64,000 nt of DNA from a virus, in IMG/VR virus record IMGVR_UViG_3300031578_000001. One strand, written 5' to 3'. The notes under the pieces are model-generated. The model saw nothing but the letters and a program-made list of their open reading frames with translations. It made no database searches and was not told the DNA's origin. The first letter of the stretch is position 1; each line of letters begins with the position of its first letter. This document shows positions 53,489 to 63,717 of the stretch, piece by piece. The position numbers were made by a program, and so were the translations under genes.

Positions 53489-56400
53489 ATGCCGGATCCA
53501 CAACTTCGAGATCTCGTAGAAGCGGCGAGGCAGCGTTCCGAGGCCTTTCTACAGCAGTCCCACAACCAGATGCTCCAGAACTTCCAGGAGCATCGGGCCA
53601 TGGCTATTGGGGTCCCTGCTATGGCCGCGGCGGGCGTTGCTGGGGCGGGTCTTGGTGGATCCACACAGCAGGGAACCCCAGCCGGGCGCCTCATGGACAC
53701 CATCACTCAGCTGGTGAGGCGTGGGGCCACGTTCGGGGCCGGGGTGGCAGGAGACGTGGTCCAGCCGGTCTTCAGCGCGGGTCAGGGAGCGGTCCAAGGA
53801 ATTGCGGGTGGTGGCGCTTTCATGTCTGGTGCAGGGGCTTTTGGTCCTGCCGGAGTCGCCGGTGGAAGCTACATGGACATGAACCAGAGGATGGGATTTG
53901 CACAGACCGCATGGACGGCCTTGGGTAAGGACGTTCCCTGGTTCGGCAAATATGCAGGTCAACGTCTTTCGATGACTCGCGAACAAGCAACTCAGATGGC
54001 CCAGGAAGACATATTATACGGAGTATCTGGAGGAGCCAGGAGAGGTGCAGCCGGAGTAGCGAATGCTATCTCATTCGGTTTCTTAAACATGAGTCTGCGT
54101 AGACAAGGACTTCTCATGAGTACCGTCTACGCCGATCGTTTCGCTAAACACATTCAGAATCAGTTCAGATTCGTTACAAAAGAAAATTTGGCCCGGGCTG
54201 GAATGGGAGAGTATGCGGGAGCTTTTGAAACCGGAATCACGCGTGGTGGTGCCACGGCTCTATCGGGTCAGATGGCCCAAGAACTCGGGGGTCTTGAGGC
54301 TGAAATGGGTCTCGCTCCCGAAGAGATCATGACCCTCCAGTCGAGAGCTGCTGGAATGATGGGCATTCAGGGCATCAACAAGATGTTTACCGAGGGAGGA
54401 GGTCGTGACGCAGTAAGTAATCGTTTGAGTAGAACCATGAACCGTCAGACCAGGTCGGTAAAAGATATACAGCAGGGCTTGAACCTGAGCGAGAAAGAGG
54501 CTGAAGAGTTCTTCGATACTATCGGGCAAATGTATGGGACGGCGGACAGGGTCGCCAAGATGGTGAAGCAGACTCAGGTGCATGCGGGCAAGTGGGGAAT
54601 GAACAAGCGCCAGGTCTTCGATATGATGCGCGAATTCGAGGACATGGGAAGGACGATGGCCATAGGTCAGGAGGAGACTGGAAGAGTCGGAATGGATTAT
54701 GCCGGAGCTCTAAGAGCGCAGAGTTATCGTGGTCTGATGACTCGACAGGAGCTGATGAGATTCGGAGGCCGTACCGAGGAAGAGGCTCTACAACGACAGG
54801 TCATGACCAGGTTTCAGAGAAATATACAAATGTACGAAACAGGACGTCTTGGCGGAGCAGGGGTCCTGATGACGCAGAATCGTGGCGCTTTCATGCAGTT
54901 CATGACGGGCCGTATGGATCCCATGGAATTAGCAGGAGAGGTCGGGAGAGTCTACGCCGAGAACCCATGGGCAGGTGCCGCGGCTCGTTTTGATCCGCGA
55001 ACCAGGAGGATGGCTGGAAGACTCGGTGAACTTGTTCAATTCAGAAAAGTGACGGCCCTAAGGCAGTCGGGGATGCTTTTGACCCAGGATGTTAATGCCG
55101 CCATTTCGGAATTCCAAGGTCTCACTGGATTGCAGGATGCTGATGCTGCCCAGGATTTCAGGCGCTTCATGAGAGAGCAGGCGATGTTCGGTCGTGAAGC
55201 TGCCCAGAAATTCGGAAAAGGTGACAATGTCCAGAGAGGGGAGGATCTTCAGAATCTGTTCCATAGGATTCAATCCGAGGACTTGTCACAGCTGGCTTCA
55301 TCAATGTATGGCGGAGATGTATACGAGGCCACTCTTGGGTTCTATGATACGTTGACTAACGGAGGCAAAGACCGGTTGAGATCCGATCTCAATCTTGAAG
55401 ACGAACTTCTCAAAAAATCGTTCGAACAAGTTTCAACTCCAGGCGAGATAGCGGCTGAAATGAGAAAGTCCGATGTGACCGGACTCGGTAAGACCATAGC
55501 CAGATTTGGATCATCTCGTTCTGCTCCTACGAATTTGAACTTTCGCCAGATTGCCAGAGAATCTCAGGGAGCCTTTTCAAAGGACATAAGAACATTTATC
55601 AGTCCTCTCATAAAACGAGGAATAGGGCGTGCCGATCTCAATACGCTCATCTTCGGGGAGGCCTCTTCCGATCTCGGAACCAGAATTACAGTTGGCGAGA
55701 ATAATCTTCTTTTTATGTCGATGAATGAGAATGGAACCTTCAGAATAAGATCGGGAGAAAAGGAAGTTGAGAGTACATCTTTTGGCGATTTGGACAGATC
55801 CTTACGAACTATTCTTCCCGATGTAGATAACGATGTCATCAAAAGAGCTCAGTTCTTGATAGCGACAAGAGTAGCGAAAGGACTTGGAAGTTTGGCGGGT
55901 GGAGGACTCGAGACCGCTCTCGCTGCAATTCAAAAAACGGGCCGGATTATGAGTCCGGCTCGAAGAGCTTATGAGGCGTTGAACTTCCACAGATATAAGG
56001 GATTTGCCGAAACTGTCTTTGGTCCTACAGTCGATAATATGGGATCGTTGACCGAAAAAGCAGCCGATTCCGAGAGAGACACAAAAACATCTAATACGCT
56101 TATGAGACTCGGAGCCACTGGAGTCTATGCCTTCGGTCGTGCGTTCAAGCGGGCCGGGACCGGATTCGGTCTTGAAGATGGATTGGGGAAAGTGGCCGAT
56201 ATATTCGGATCGACCGAAGAAGCCGAAGACAATATACGTAGAGCACTCGAGAGAGCTAACGTACCCGGATGGAGTAATGAGAAAATAGGGAGGGCCTTAA
56301 CCAAAGAGGGAAATGAACGGAGGGAACTCAAACAGGCGATAGTCGGTAGAAATGTAGTTCAGGAAATATTGAATCTCGTGCTGAAAGCCCAGGAGGCCGA

Positions 56401-56491
56401 GAAGCTCGAGGATCCCCTCGGAACTACTAATAGACCGATGATCGTCAAGCCTGAGGGGACAACTTGGGATGCTCTGGTGAAACCCAAATAA
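53489..56491 (+). CDS. tail tape measure protein
   Basis: 1000 aa, G/A/M/Q-rich helical, between tail chaperone and baseplate genes. Confidence 0.7.
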   Translation: MPDPQLRDLVEAARQRSEAFLQQSHNQMLQNFQEHRAMAIGVPAMAAAGVAGAGLGGSTQQGTPAGRLMDTITQLVRRGATFGAGVAGDVVQPVFSAGQGAVQGIAGGGAFMSGAGAFGPAGVAGGSYMDMNQRMGFAQTAWTALGKDVPWFGKYAGQRLSMTREQATQMAQEDILYGVSGGARRGAAGVANAISFGFLNMSLRRQGLLMSTVYADRFAKHIQNQFRFVTKENLARAGMGEYAGAFETGITRGGATALSGQMAQELGGLEAEMGLAPEEIMTLQSRAAGMMGIQGINKMFTEGGGRDAVSNRLSRTMNRQTRSVKDIQQGLNLSEKEAEEFFDTIGQMYGTADRVAKMVKQTQVHAGKWGMNKRQVFDMMREFEDMGRTMAIGQEETGRVGMDYAGALRAQSYRGLMTRQELMRFGGRTEEEALQRQVMTRFQRNIQMYETGRLGGAGVLMTQNRGAFMQFMTGRMDPMELAGEVGRVYAENPWAGAAARFDPRTRRMAGRLGELVQFRKVTALRQSGMLLTQDVNAAISEFQGLTGLQDADAAQDFRRFMREQAMFGREAAQKFGKGDNVQRGEDLQNLFHRIQSEDLSQLASSMYGGDVYEATLGFYDTLTNGGKDRLRSDLNLEDELLKKSFEQVSTPGEIAAEMRKSDVTGLGKTIARFGSSRSAPTNLNFRQIARESQGAFSKDIRTFISPLIKRGIGRADLNTLIFGEASSDLGTRITVGENNLLFMSMNENGTFRIRSGEKEVESTSFGDLDRSLRTILPDVDNDVIKRAQFLIATRVAKGLGSLAGGGLETALAAIQKTGRIMSPARRAYEALNFHRYKGFAETVFGPTVDNMGSLTEKAADSERDTKTSNTLMRLGATGVYAFGRAFKRAGTGFGLEDGLGKVADIFGSTEEAEDNIRRALERANVPGWSNEKIGRALTKEGNERRELKQAIVGRNVVQEILNLVLKAQEAEKLEDPLGTTNRPMIVKPEGTTWDALVKPK

Positions 56492-56499
56492 GGTGTTGC

Positions 56500-57075
56500 A
56501 TGGTGTTCGATCTAAACTTCATATCTGATGGTATCCAGGAGAGCATGAGCGCGATCGTGGAGACCACCCAGCAGGCAGATCGCGCTCCAGACGTCATGAG
56601 GGCCGGCAACAGGGACGTCTACAACCTACTCGCGACCGAGCAGCATATCGTCAAGGAGTACCTCGATATGCCATCCGTTCTCTCGATCCGGAGAGGACGA
56701 AGGATCATTGCCGCCACCGACCACTTCATTCTCGGGTCAGCGAATGAGTCCGATCAGGAGAGGATGTCTTTCGTTTTCACGTTCGGCGATCCCGTCTTGT
56801 TCGGTGGGATGGGCAGGCGGCCGAGGATCTGGACCTACGCCGGATTCCTAAAGGATTCACTTGTAGGTGGGAAGGGGATCTCAGGCTGGAGAAAGATGTA
56901 CGACGAGTATCTTCGTGGAACGAAGTGCAGGAGAAACGGGGCCATTGCTGATCTCAGGTATAGGGATCAGTGGCGTCTCGGATACATTGTGGCCTCGAGT
57001 ATGACCTACGAGGAGTCGAAGCCACGGGTATCCACGTTCTCATTTTCCATGTTCATCATCGAGTCTATTCCATAA
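56500..57075 (+). CDS. baseplate/tail-tube initiator-like protein
   Basis: follows TMP; paralogous to next gene. Confidence 0.5.
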   Translation: MVFDLNFISDGIQESMSAIVETTQQADRAPDVMRAGNRDVYNLLATEQHIVKEYLDMPSVLSIRRGRRIIAATDHFILGSANESDQERMSFVFTFGDPVLFGGMGRRPRIWTYAGFLKDSLVGGKGISGWRKMYDEYLRGTKCRRNGAIADLRYRDQWRLGYIVASSMTYEESKPRVSTFSFSMFIIESIP

Positions 57076-57842
57076 TGGCCAATCTGACACCAGACAGACT
57101 TCCGTCGAGGATGAAGTATTTGACGTCTTCCCAGGACGTTAATGACATCGTCCGTTCGACTATCACGCTGCATAGGCTCCTCGACAACGGACTTCCGGAG
57201 GAGGCTCCTGTCGAAATCGCCGACATGCTCCACATCCAATCCATCTCGGTTCCGGATGAGGAGCGGATTCAAATCTCGGTGGATTCGGCAGACGACGGTA
57301 AGGTCTACATTTTCGGGCGTCAGGCTCGAGTCTACTCGGTCTCGTGTTTCCTTGTGGATAGCAATCAGGACTCCAGGGTCGGGTCCGCTATCGATCAGGC
57401 CTTCGGGGGAAACCTTCTGACCAGATGGCTCGAGTTCTATGAGGACCAGTTCAGGTTTACGAAGTGCCTCGAGAGGGGTTATATCGTCAGAATTCGGTGG
57501 AGGAACTCGGAATACTGGGGATACATTCTCAGCAACGCAAGGACCATCGAGTCCACGAATCCGAGTGTCATTCCGATCAGTTTCACGTTCGCTCATATCT
57601 TCGGCGAAGAGCATATGAACTTCGACGTGCTGGACCCTCAGAATGGGTATCCGTCCTTCCCGGTGATGATCAGTAGGGAGGGCTACCAGCATCTTATGAA
57701 CTATATCGCCACCGACCCATGGATCGGTGAGCCCGCTTCAGCGGTGTCGAGGCATTCGGAAGGGAGGACTTCGGTGCCATCAAACGCCGGTCCAGTGAAT
57801 CCGGACCTCGTTCCAGTGTTCAATGAAGAGGATCTCGGCTGA
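57075..57842 (+). CDS. baseplate/tail-tube initiator-like protein (paralog)
   Basis: TAATG coupling; shared FG...R...FL.DS...W...Y......TKC...G.I...R......GYI motif. Confidence 0.5.
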   Translation: MANLTPDRLPSRMKYLTSSQDVNDIVRSTITLHRLLDNGLPEEAPVEIADMLHIQSISVPDEERIQISVDSADDGKVYIFGRQARVYSVSCFLVDSNQDSRVGSAIDQAFGGNLLTRWLEFYEDQFRFTKCLERGYIVRIRWRNSEYWGYILSNARTIESTNPSVIPISFTFAHIFGEEHMNFDVLDPQNGYPSFPVMISREGYQHLMNYIATDPWIGEPASAVSRHSEGRTSVPSNAGPVNPDLVPVFNEEDLG

Positions 57843-60799
57843 TGCCAAAGATCTCAAGAAAGTTCGTTAAGTGGAAGGTAACGCTTGATGGTGTCGAGAT
57901 CCCTTGGAAGACCATTTCTCTTCAGGTCGGGGTTGACTCGCCTGGTCATATTACAATCGACATCGAGAGCGATCCGGTACTCAGGAAACTGAGAGCCGGT
58001 ATGAAGATTCATCTCTGGATGTACGACGACAAGATCGAGGGAGACGATGATCTCGACAAGCTCTTCCTGTTTTGGGAGGGAGATCTCAAGGTCAGTAGCT
58101 ACACCAGGTCTTACGGATCGAGGGTCTACGGTATCGTGGGTATCGGGGAATTTGCCGCATTCGGTCGCAGTAAGCTATTCGCTCACGGATTCGGGACCAT
58201 CTCGAATACCCATCTCGTCTCTGGTTCCGTATTCGTCTCGACGGATTCCACTTCGGCTAAGCAGCTTGTCAACTACACCATGTTCGGAAAAGCATTCGAT
58301 CCGAAGACACCGAACGATATTGGAAAAGAAGTCCCCTTTCGTGACACCAAGAATCCGAACTATTCCGAGAGGCTTCTCAGGCTTCTTTCCTACTTCTCTT
58401 CGTACAATGCCTTGTTCAGGCTCCAGATGGTTAGGTCGAACCTCTTCGGAAAGATCGTTGCTTTCCAAGATGATGCCCTCGGACGTCTTCTGCCGAGGGC
58501 GCTCGCTTCGGATTACTTCAATCAAGGGAACACGAAGTTACCGCCAGAATCCACCATGCTTGACCTCATCGCTATCTTCAACCAGATGATGTTCTATCAC
58601 TTCTCCAGCATGGCTGGTCCGGTCCTTCCAACTGATCTGGTCACGGCGGAGAAGCCCCCATACCTGTACCTTCCTGGCGTCAAAGCGGATGATCATATTT
58701 ATGCTATGCCGAGGAGGTTCTTGAGAAACGACTACATTCTTCTGCCGGAGACCTTTTACGCGATCCCACCGTCGTGCAACATGATCTTTCCGGAGCACAT
58801 GAATCAATTCTCGCTGACGAGAGATCTGTTCTCCGAGCCTACAAGAGCCCTCGTCTCCAATATTCACCTTAACTCACAGCTGTCGGCTGTGGCTCCGGAC
58901 ACGATCTTCAGGTACGCGGACGAGGGCAAAGACTCCGACCCGGCATCGTTCTGGTCTATCAACAAGGACGGCATCAAGGGTGACGGGAAGGTCACGAGCC
59001 CCTACCAGGCGAAATTGGACTCAGGCAAGAGCATCAACCTGTTCGGTGCCGTGAGTGACGAGGAGATCGATCGCGGTATCATCACGACCTCGAGTTATCC
59101 GCCATTTGAGTTCTTTTCAGCCGTGTCTAACGTGTTTGATCTGAAAACCCAGTACGGCAGGAACAGGATCAGGGAGATCGTGGACCGAACCGATAAGATG
59201 GCGGCAAGCGTTATTGAAGGAAGCACCACCCGTGATCGGTCTTTCCTATACATGATGAAGGCAATTGCCGACTACACCTATACGCTCGAGAAGTTCAGGC
59301 GTAACGTGACCATCAGCATCGTTGGGCACAGGTGGATCGTTCCTGGGTTCCCCTGTGTCATCCTGGCCTCGGATGGATCCTACCTCGCGTACGTGAAGGG
59401 GTATGCCCTCAGCATCTCGTCTGACGGCGATGAGATGTCGAACGTGGATCTCGACTTTGTCAGGCCTTTTCCGGAGATCGATTTCTCCTACATCAAGCGT
59501 GTGGAAGAGGCGTCTGAGGAACTGGCAAAGATCGAGGGTGAGACCAAGAAAGCCGAGGGTAAGATTGACGTTCTCGGAGAGGAAGGAGCCAGAGGACTTG
59601 AGGAGTACCTCAAGGGAATGGAGACGATAACGAATGTTATCTACAGCAAGGATAGGGATCTGGACACCGCAACTCGGGGGTATGATCGTCTGAAGTCGGC
59701 AGCTATTAAGGCCTACAAAGCAATTAAATCCGACCCGAATATGTTGGAGAAGACTGGATACTCCAAGAGTGAACTTACAAGAATTGTCGAAAATTTCAAG
59801 AACGTGCGTCCGGGAAGTCGGTACAACCAGGGGACTGTCGATGCTTACGTCGGGGCATATTCTGTAGAGACGCAGATGGCATTCTGCCGCTATGCGAATG
59901 ATATGGTCCAGAGATACGTAGCGGTCTTCAAAGAAACGATGAATACGGCCGTCACGAGTCTCGACTCCAAGAAGATTCCAAATAACCCGTGGATGGGGGA
60001 TCTGACGAAGGATCTAAGAAATGCCGTGTCCCAGGCGAAGTTAGACGACAACGTGCCCTCCGATTTCATGACGCCGCCGATCTTCGGTAATCTCGACCTT
60101 CTATCTGTGGTCAAGGCAGAGGAGATCTACAACGAAATCTTCGGGGCCAAGAAGGCGCTGAGCGGTCTTGTCGAGTCACAAGATATATCTCGCAGTACAC
60201 CGTCCGGAACGTCGGCCAGAGTGATCACCCTGAAGAAGCAGGCCTATACCAGGTTCGCTAATTTTGCCAAGGCTCTGAATCGAGTGTTCCCTGTGACCGG
60301 CAGACAGATGTATGAGGAGGAGGGCCAGGCAGGATCCAGCGAATGGGAGCAGGTGTCGGCGGACACGACGACTGAGAAGTCGGTGCGGGATTGGGCCGAG
60401 GAAAAGTTCATAAAACGCGAGCGTCTCCAAAGTCTCAGGCACTTCCTCAAGGTAAACGGACTCAATCTCGAGAGGCCCATGTCGGAGCCTCCGACTCCGA
60501 TGAGGTTCATGCACTTTGTTCCATCCCAGGTGAAGGAGATCACGTCCCCGATTGGCAATCTCGTCTGGGACGATACCCTATTCAGTAAGATCGTGGACGA
60601 GTTCAACATCAGGAGAAGGGAAGTTCTCGTCCGTGAGGAGAACGGAGACGTCAGAAGGTTGCCCAAGATTTCCGATAGCCAGATCGACCAACTCAGGAAG
60701 TCGGTCAAGGATCCGTTCCTGACCACGAAGGCCCGGCAGTCAATCATTCTTGACTATGCCAGCAGGCACTTCGGTTCGAGGGGATATGGTGGCAGTTGA
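57842..60799 (+). CDS. baseplate hub-like protein
   Basis: 985 aa; N-terminal KVTLDGVEIP..ISLQVG..PG.ITIDI and ...RNVTISIVG..WIVPGFP hub-like pattern. Confidence 0.55.
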   Translation: MPKISRKFVKWKVTLDGVEIPWKTISLQVGVDSPGHITIDIESDPVLRKLRAGMKIHLWMYDDKIEGDDDLDKLFLFWEGDLKVSSYTRSYGSRVYGIVGIGEFAAFGRSKLFAHGFGTISNTHLVSGSVFVSTDSTSAKQLVNYTMFGKAFDPKTPNDIGKEVPFRDTKNPNYSERLLRLLSYFSSYNALFRLQMVRSNLFGKIVAFQDDALGRLLPRALASDYFNQGNTKLPPESTMLDLIAIFNQMMFYHFSSMAGPVLPTDLVTAEKPPYLYLPGVKADDHIYAMPRRFLRNDYILLPETFYAIPPSCNMIFPEHMNQFSLTRDLFSEPTRALVSNIHLNSQLSAVAPDTIFRYADEGKDSDPASFWSINKDGIKGDGKVTSPYQAKLDSGKSINLFGAVSDEEIDRGIITTSSYPPFEFFSAVSNVFDLKTQYGRNRIREIVDRTDKMAASVIEGSTTRDRSFLYMMKAIADYTYTLEKFRRNVTISIVGHRWIVPGFPCVILASDGSYLAYVKGYALSISSDGDEMSNVDLDFVRPFPEIDFSYIKRVEEASEELAKIEGETKKAEGKIDVLGEEGARGLEEYLKGMETITNVIYSKDRDLDTATRGYDRLKSAAIKAYKAIKSDPNMLEKTGYSKSELTRIVENFKNVRPGSRYNQGTVDAYVGAYSVETQMAFCRYANDMVQRYVAVFKETMNTAVTSLDSKKIPNNPWMGDLTKDLRNAVSQAKLDDNVPSDFMTPPIFGNLDLLSVVKAEEIYNEIFGAKKALSGLVESQDISRSTPSGTSARVITLKKQAYTRFANFAKALNRVFPVTGRQMYEEEGQAGSSEWEQVSADTTTEKSVRDWAEEKFIKRERLQSLRHFLKVNGLNLERPMSEPPTPMRFMHFVPSQVKEITSPIGNLVWDDTLFSKIVDEFNIRRREVLVREENGDVRRLPKISDSQIDQLRKSVKDPFLTTKARQSIILDYASRHFGSRGYGGS

Positions 60800-61485
60800 T
60801 AACTGACAACCAATTGATCGTGCAGGCCAAGGCCGGGAATCTGATGGCGAAGAACGAACTGATTCGCCGGTACAAGATTCTTCTCAAGATCAAGGTCTCG
60901 GCCTACAGTCGGGCTCCGATCCCAACGGCTGCCCTCGACGGTGAGGCTATGAAGATTCTGCTGCACACGGTCGAGAAGTTCGATCCGAGTCGAGGTATCC
61001 AGTTCAAGACCTTCCTCGAGCAGAATCTCAAGGGACTGTATCGCTACGCGGCCAAGACCAAGAACGTGGCACGGATCCCGGAGCACAAGGTTCTCCAGAT
61101 CAATCTGTTCCAGCAGGCCAAGTCAATCGTTCAGACCCAGAAGGGCCGGGAGCCAACGGCTCACGAGCTCGCCGACTCACTCGGTTGGTCTCCCACTCAG
61201 GTTCAGAGCATGGAGACGGCGCTGAGTCGGCGTGATATTGCTGCTTCTGGAATCGAGACTCTTCACGCGCAGGAGCGGTTCAAGGATAGGATGGAGGATC
61301 TTCTCGAGTTCGAGTATTTCGGAATGGTCCCGGAGGAGAAACTCATCTACGACTTCAGCCTCGGCAGGCATGGGAAGCCGAGGCTCGACAGCGTGAAAGA
61401 CATCGCCGCCAGGACGGGCCTGAGCACCGATAAGGTGTATGCGATCAAGAGTAAGATCGCCCAAAGGATCACAGCGAGGATTTGA
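60796..61485 (+). CDS. second sigma-70 family factor (FliA/SigF-like)
   Basis: QAKAGN.MAKNELI..Y, EKFDPSRGIQFKTF, GREPTAHELADSLGWS, region-4 HTH VKDIAARTGLS. Confidence 0.85.
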   Translation: MITDNQLIVQAKAGNLMAKNELIRRYKILLKIKVSAYSRAPIPTAALDGEAMKILLHTVEKFDPSRGIQFKTFLEQNLKGLYRYAAKTKNVARIPEHKVLQINLFQQAKSIVQTQKGREPTAHELADSLGWSPTQVQSMETALSRRDIAASGIETLHAQERFKDRMEDLLEFEYFGMVPEEKLIYDFSLGRHGKPRLDSVKDIAARTGLSTDKVYAIKSKIAQRITARI

Positions 61486-61487
61486 AG

Positions 61488-61790
61488 ATGCCCGAGATCA
61501 AACAGATCACGAAGGAGAGGCTCCGAAGCATCGTCCAGAAGCTCAAGGTGTTCCTGGGCAAAGCGAAGGAAAGTCCGAAAGGAGCGAGGCTTCTCGCCAT
61601 GATCGGACGCTTCGAGAAGAAGACGGACCCCATCAGGAAGATCGAGGACTTCGGGGGCTACTACAAGTACGCCGTGGCCAGGGCGTTCAGGACGGAACTG
61701 AAACCGGATACGATCACGAAGATGAGGGCAGGATGGCTAACGGATGCAAAGGCTGCGTCTCGGAGCAAGAAGTCTCCGAAGTCAGGCTGA
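61488..61790 (+). CDS. basic hypothetical protein
   Basis: GAGG RBS. Confidence 0.6.
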   Translation: MPEIKQITKERLRSIVQKLKVFLGKAKESPKGARLLAMIGRFEKKTDPIRKIEDFGGYYKYAVARAFRTELKPDTITKMRAGWLTDAKAASRSKKSPKSG

Positions 61791-62026
61791 TCACGAAGAG
61801 GAACCGGCCGCAGAACTGGGTCGAGGCGGCGGCTCCTGGGGACCTGTTCCTGTTCGGGGACAAAGTCGGTGCGGGTGGTGGGCTGCTCAGGCTTCGCTAC
61901 GCCAAGGCGTTCGTGACCTTGACTGATGAGCAGGTATGGAAAGGCCGGCCGGTGGCGTGGCCTTTTTCCGGAGACGTGATCCGGTTCAGGATCATGAGCA
62001 CCAAGATTACCTACTTCAAGAAGTAA
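61733..62026 (+). CDS. hypothetical protein
   Basis: 3' part of track ORF 61439..62026; start uncertain. Confidence 0.45.
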   Translation: MANGCKGCVSEQEVSEVRLITKRNRPQNWVEAAAPGDLFLFGDKVGAGGGLLRLRYAKAFVTLTDEQVWKGRPVAWPFSGDVIRFRIMSTKITYFKK

Positions 62027-62059
62027 AAATAACGCCGGGGATCTCTCGACCCCCGGCGT
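62024..62059 (-). terminator. terminator between convergent units
   Basis: ACGCCGGGG/CCCCGGCGT stem; U-tract on minus strand. Confidence 0.7.
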
Positions 62060-62067
62060 CTTCACGC

Positions 62068-62466
62068 CTAAACAAGGAATTGCTTAAATCTCTCGAGATG
62101 GCCTGTCTCGGCGTCCTCGAGTTGACCTACGAGCAGATTCCTTCCCACCATTTTCCAAGCCTTGAACTTCTTGGCCTTGACCGACTCTTCGGTCATCCAG
62201 AATACCCAGATGGTCTCGGACTCTTTATCGTTATAGGTCGCAACGATCTCGTCGGCTGGACCAACTACCACTCTCATTTGGTAGCATAGACACTCTATGT
62301 CGTCAATGGTCCCTTTCCCTTGGTCAGGCGAGCTGATCTCGATTACCTTCCCTATATGAAACCAGACTACGGCTCTGTAGGAGTTATAGTCTTTCGCGAT
62401 GTCTCGGATCATTTCCGAGAAGAACTCGACGGTACCCCGTTTCAGAGCCTCGGCGTATTCGATCAT
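62068..62466 (-). CDS. hypothetical protein
   Basis: ATGA coupling. Confidence 0.6.
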   Translation of the reverse strand: MIEYAEALKRGTVEFFSEMIRDIAKDYNSYRAVVWFHIGKVIEISSPDQGKGTIDDIECLCYQMRVVVGPADEIVATYNDKESETIWVFWMTEESVKAKKFKAWKMVGRNLLVGQLEDAETGHLERFKQFLV

Positions 62467-62639
62467 TCGAGCTTGTCCCTAATCTCGGCCATGGAGTAGT
62501 AGCGTCTCTGATTGTTGAAGTCCACGAACCAGTAGATGTCTTCACTTCGGACTCGTCCGAACTCCACGAAGACGAGGTCGTACCTTCGGCAGAAGGCGTT
62601 AAGAATCTCGATGTTGTTGGGAACGGATACAGTTGTCAT
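62463..62639 (-). CDS. small hypothetical protein
   Basis: ATG 62639 with GGAG RBS. Confidence 0.5.
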   Translation of the reverse strand: MTTVSVPNNIEILNAFCRRYDLVFVEFGRVRSEDIYWFVDFNNQRRYYSMAEIRDKLE

Positions 62640-63015
62640 GAACGAGATCCTCCATCGAATGCACACTGGCGTACTCAATAGTTTGATCTCGTTGGTCCTC
62701 AGAAGCAACTTTGAGGGCGGTGTTCGGGTCATTGGCGAAGACGAGTCTTACCTCACATCGGTACGGCCTGGCCGGAGGTATCGCCTTTCCGCCCTTCGAA
62801 TCCGGGTTCTTGATCCTGAGATGGATGATGTGTGCCCCGGCAAAGATATGTTTACCGGTCATGAGTTTCTCGGTCTTGAAGACATGACCGCAGTGCACGT
62901 CGGCACAGATCCACTTGAGCTCGTCCGGCTTGAGGACTTCGATCGTGGGACGATTGGGGTAGACTTCGTTGCACCCACACTGGGGGCAGTTGTTCGGCCA
63001 GTTCCACAGGATCAT
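62599..63015 (-). CDS. Zn-ribbon protein
   Basis: CPQCGC...ICADVHCG. Confidence 0.6.
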   Translation of the reverse strand: MILWNWPNNCPQCGCNEVYPNRPTIEVLKPDELKWICADVHCGHVFKTEKLMTGKHIFAGAHIIHLRIKNPDSKGGKAIPPARPYRCEVRLVFANDPNTALKVASEDQRDQTIEYASVHSMEDLVHDNCIRSQQHRDS

Positions 63016-63431
63016 CCGTCGAGCCTCACAGATCCCTCGAGTTGGCAGCTCGGGGAGTGGTCCTCACCCCTCGTGGCCCGGCACATCGAGCAGGCCGGAC
63101 CGTAGCCGAAGTTATCGACGATCGGTGCCGCGATGGCGGGTTCAGGCTTCTCGACTTTGGGCTTCGGCCTCGGTGTGGACTTCAGTGGATCGTTTTGGGA
63201 GATGCCCCAATAGGGGGTGGACTCCTTCTCGATCTTCTTCAGGTTGTCAGACGAGCACTTGGTTTCCGCGCCGTTTGGGCCTTTGATGTCGAAGCCCTTC
63301 GAGACGAAAGGATTGATCCGTTCGATTGTTCCCTTGGTCTTGTTCAGGATCTTCGGGTCGCACTTGTGGATCCTTAGGCATCCAGAGCAAGATCTTTCCA
63401 CCGTGTCCTTTGGTTTCAGCATTTCAGGCAT
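63012..63431 (-). CDS. Cys-rich hypothetical protein
   Basis: ATG 63431 with AAGGAGGAG RBS; CSGC..HKC, CSMC...H...C. Confidence 0.6.
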   Translation of the reverse strand: MPEMLKPKDTVERSCSGCLRIHKCDPKILNKTKGTIERINPFVSKGFDIKGPNGAETKCSSDNLKKIEKESTPYWGISQNDPLKSTPRPKPKVEKPEPAIAAPIVDNFGYGPACSMCRATRGEDHSPSCQLEGSVRLDG

Positions 63432-63459
63432 GTCTCCTCCTTCTCGGTATACTTTGGTG

Positions 63460-63624
63460 ATGGATAAAACGCAATGCCCTGAGTGTTCGGGATCCAAGAT
63501 GGTCCGCCAGGGGGAGCGCTCCGTACGGTGTCCAGCGTGCGGAGGAAAGGGGGTAATATCCCTGGAAGAGCTCAACTCGTGGCTACTCAGGAAAAAAGGA
63601 AAGCGAAATCGGAACGAAGACTAA
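63460..63624 (+). CDS. 54-aa DnaJ-type CxxCxGxG Zn finger, possibly leaderless
   Basis: CPECSGSK...CPACGGKG; ATG 6 nt after TATACT. Confidence 0.55.
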   Translation: MDKTQCPECSGSKMVRQGERSVRCPACGGKGVISLEELNSWLLRKKGKRNRNED

Positions 63625-63679
63625 AGTCCTCGTTCCAATATCTTATGACACAAATTTGCCTTGGTTTTACTTGTGGACA

Positions 63680-63708
63680 TTGTCTTACCCACTTTACGGC
63701 ATATACTT
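63680..63708 (+). promoter_or_regulatory. sigma70-like promoter
   Basis: TTGTCT-N17-TATACT upstream of ATG 63718. Confidence 0.55.
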
Positions 63709-63717
63709 AAATTTAAG

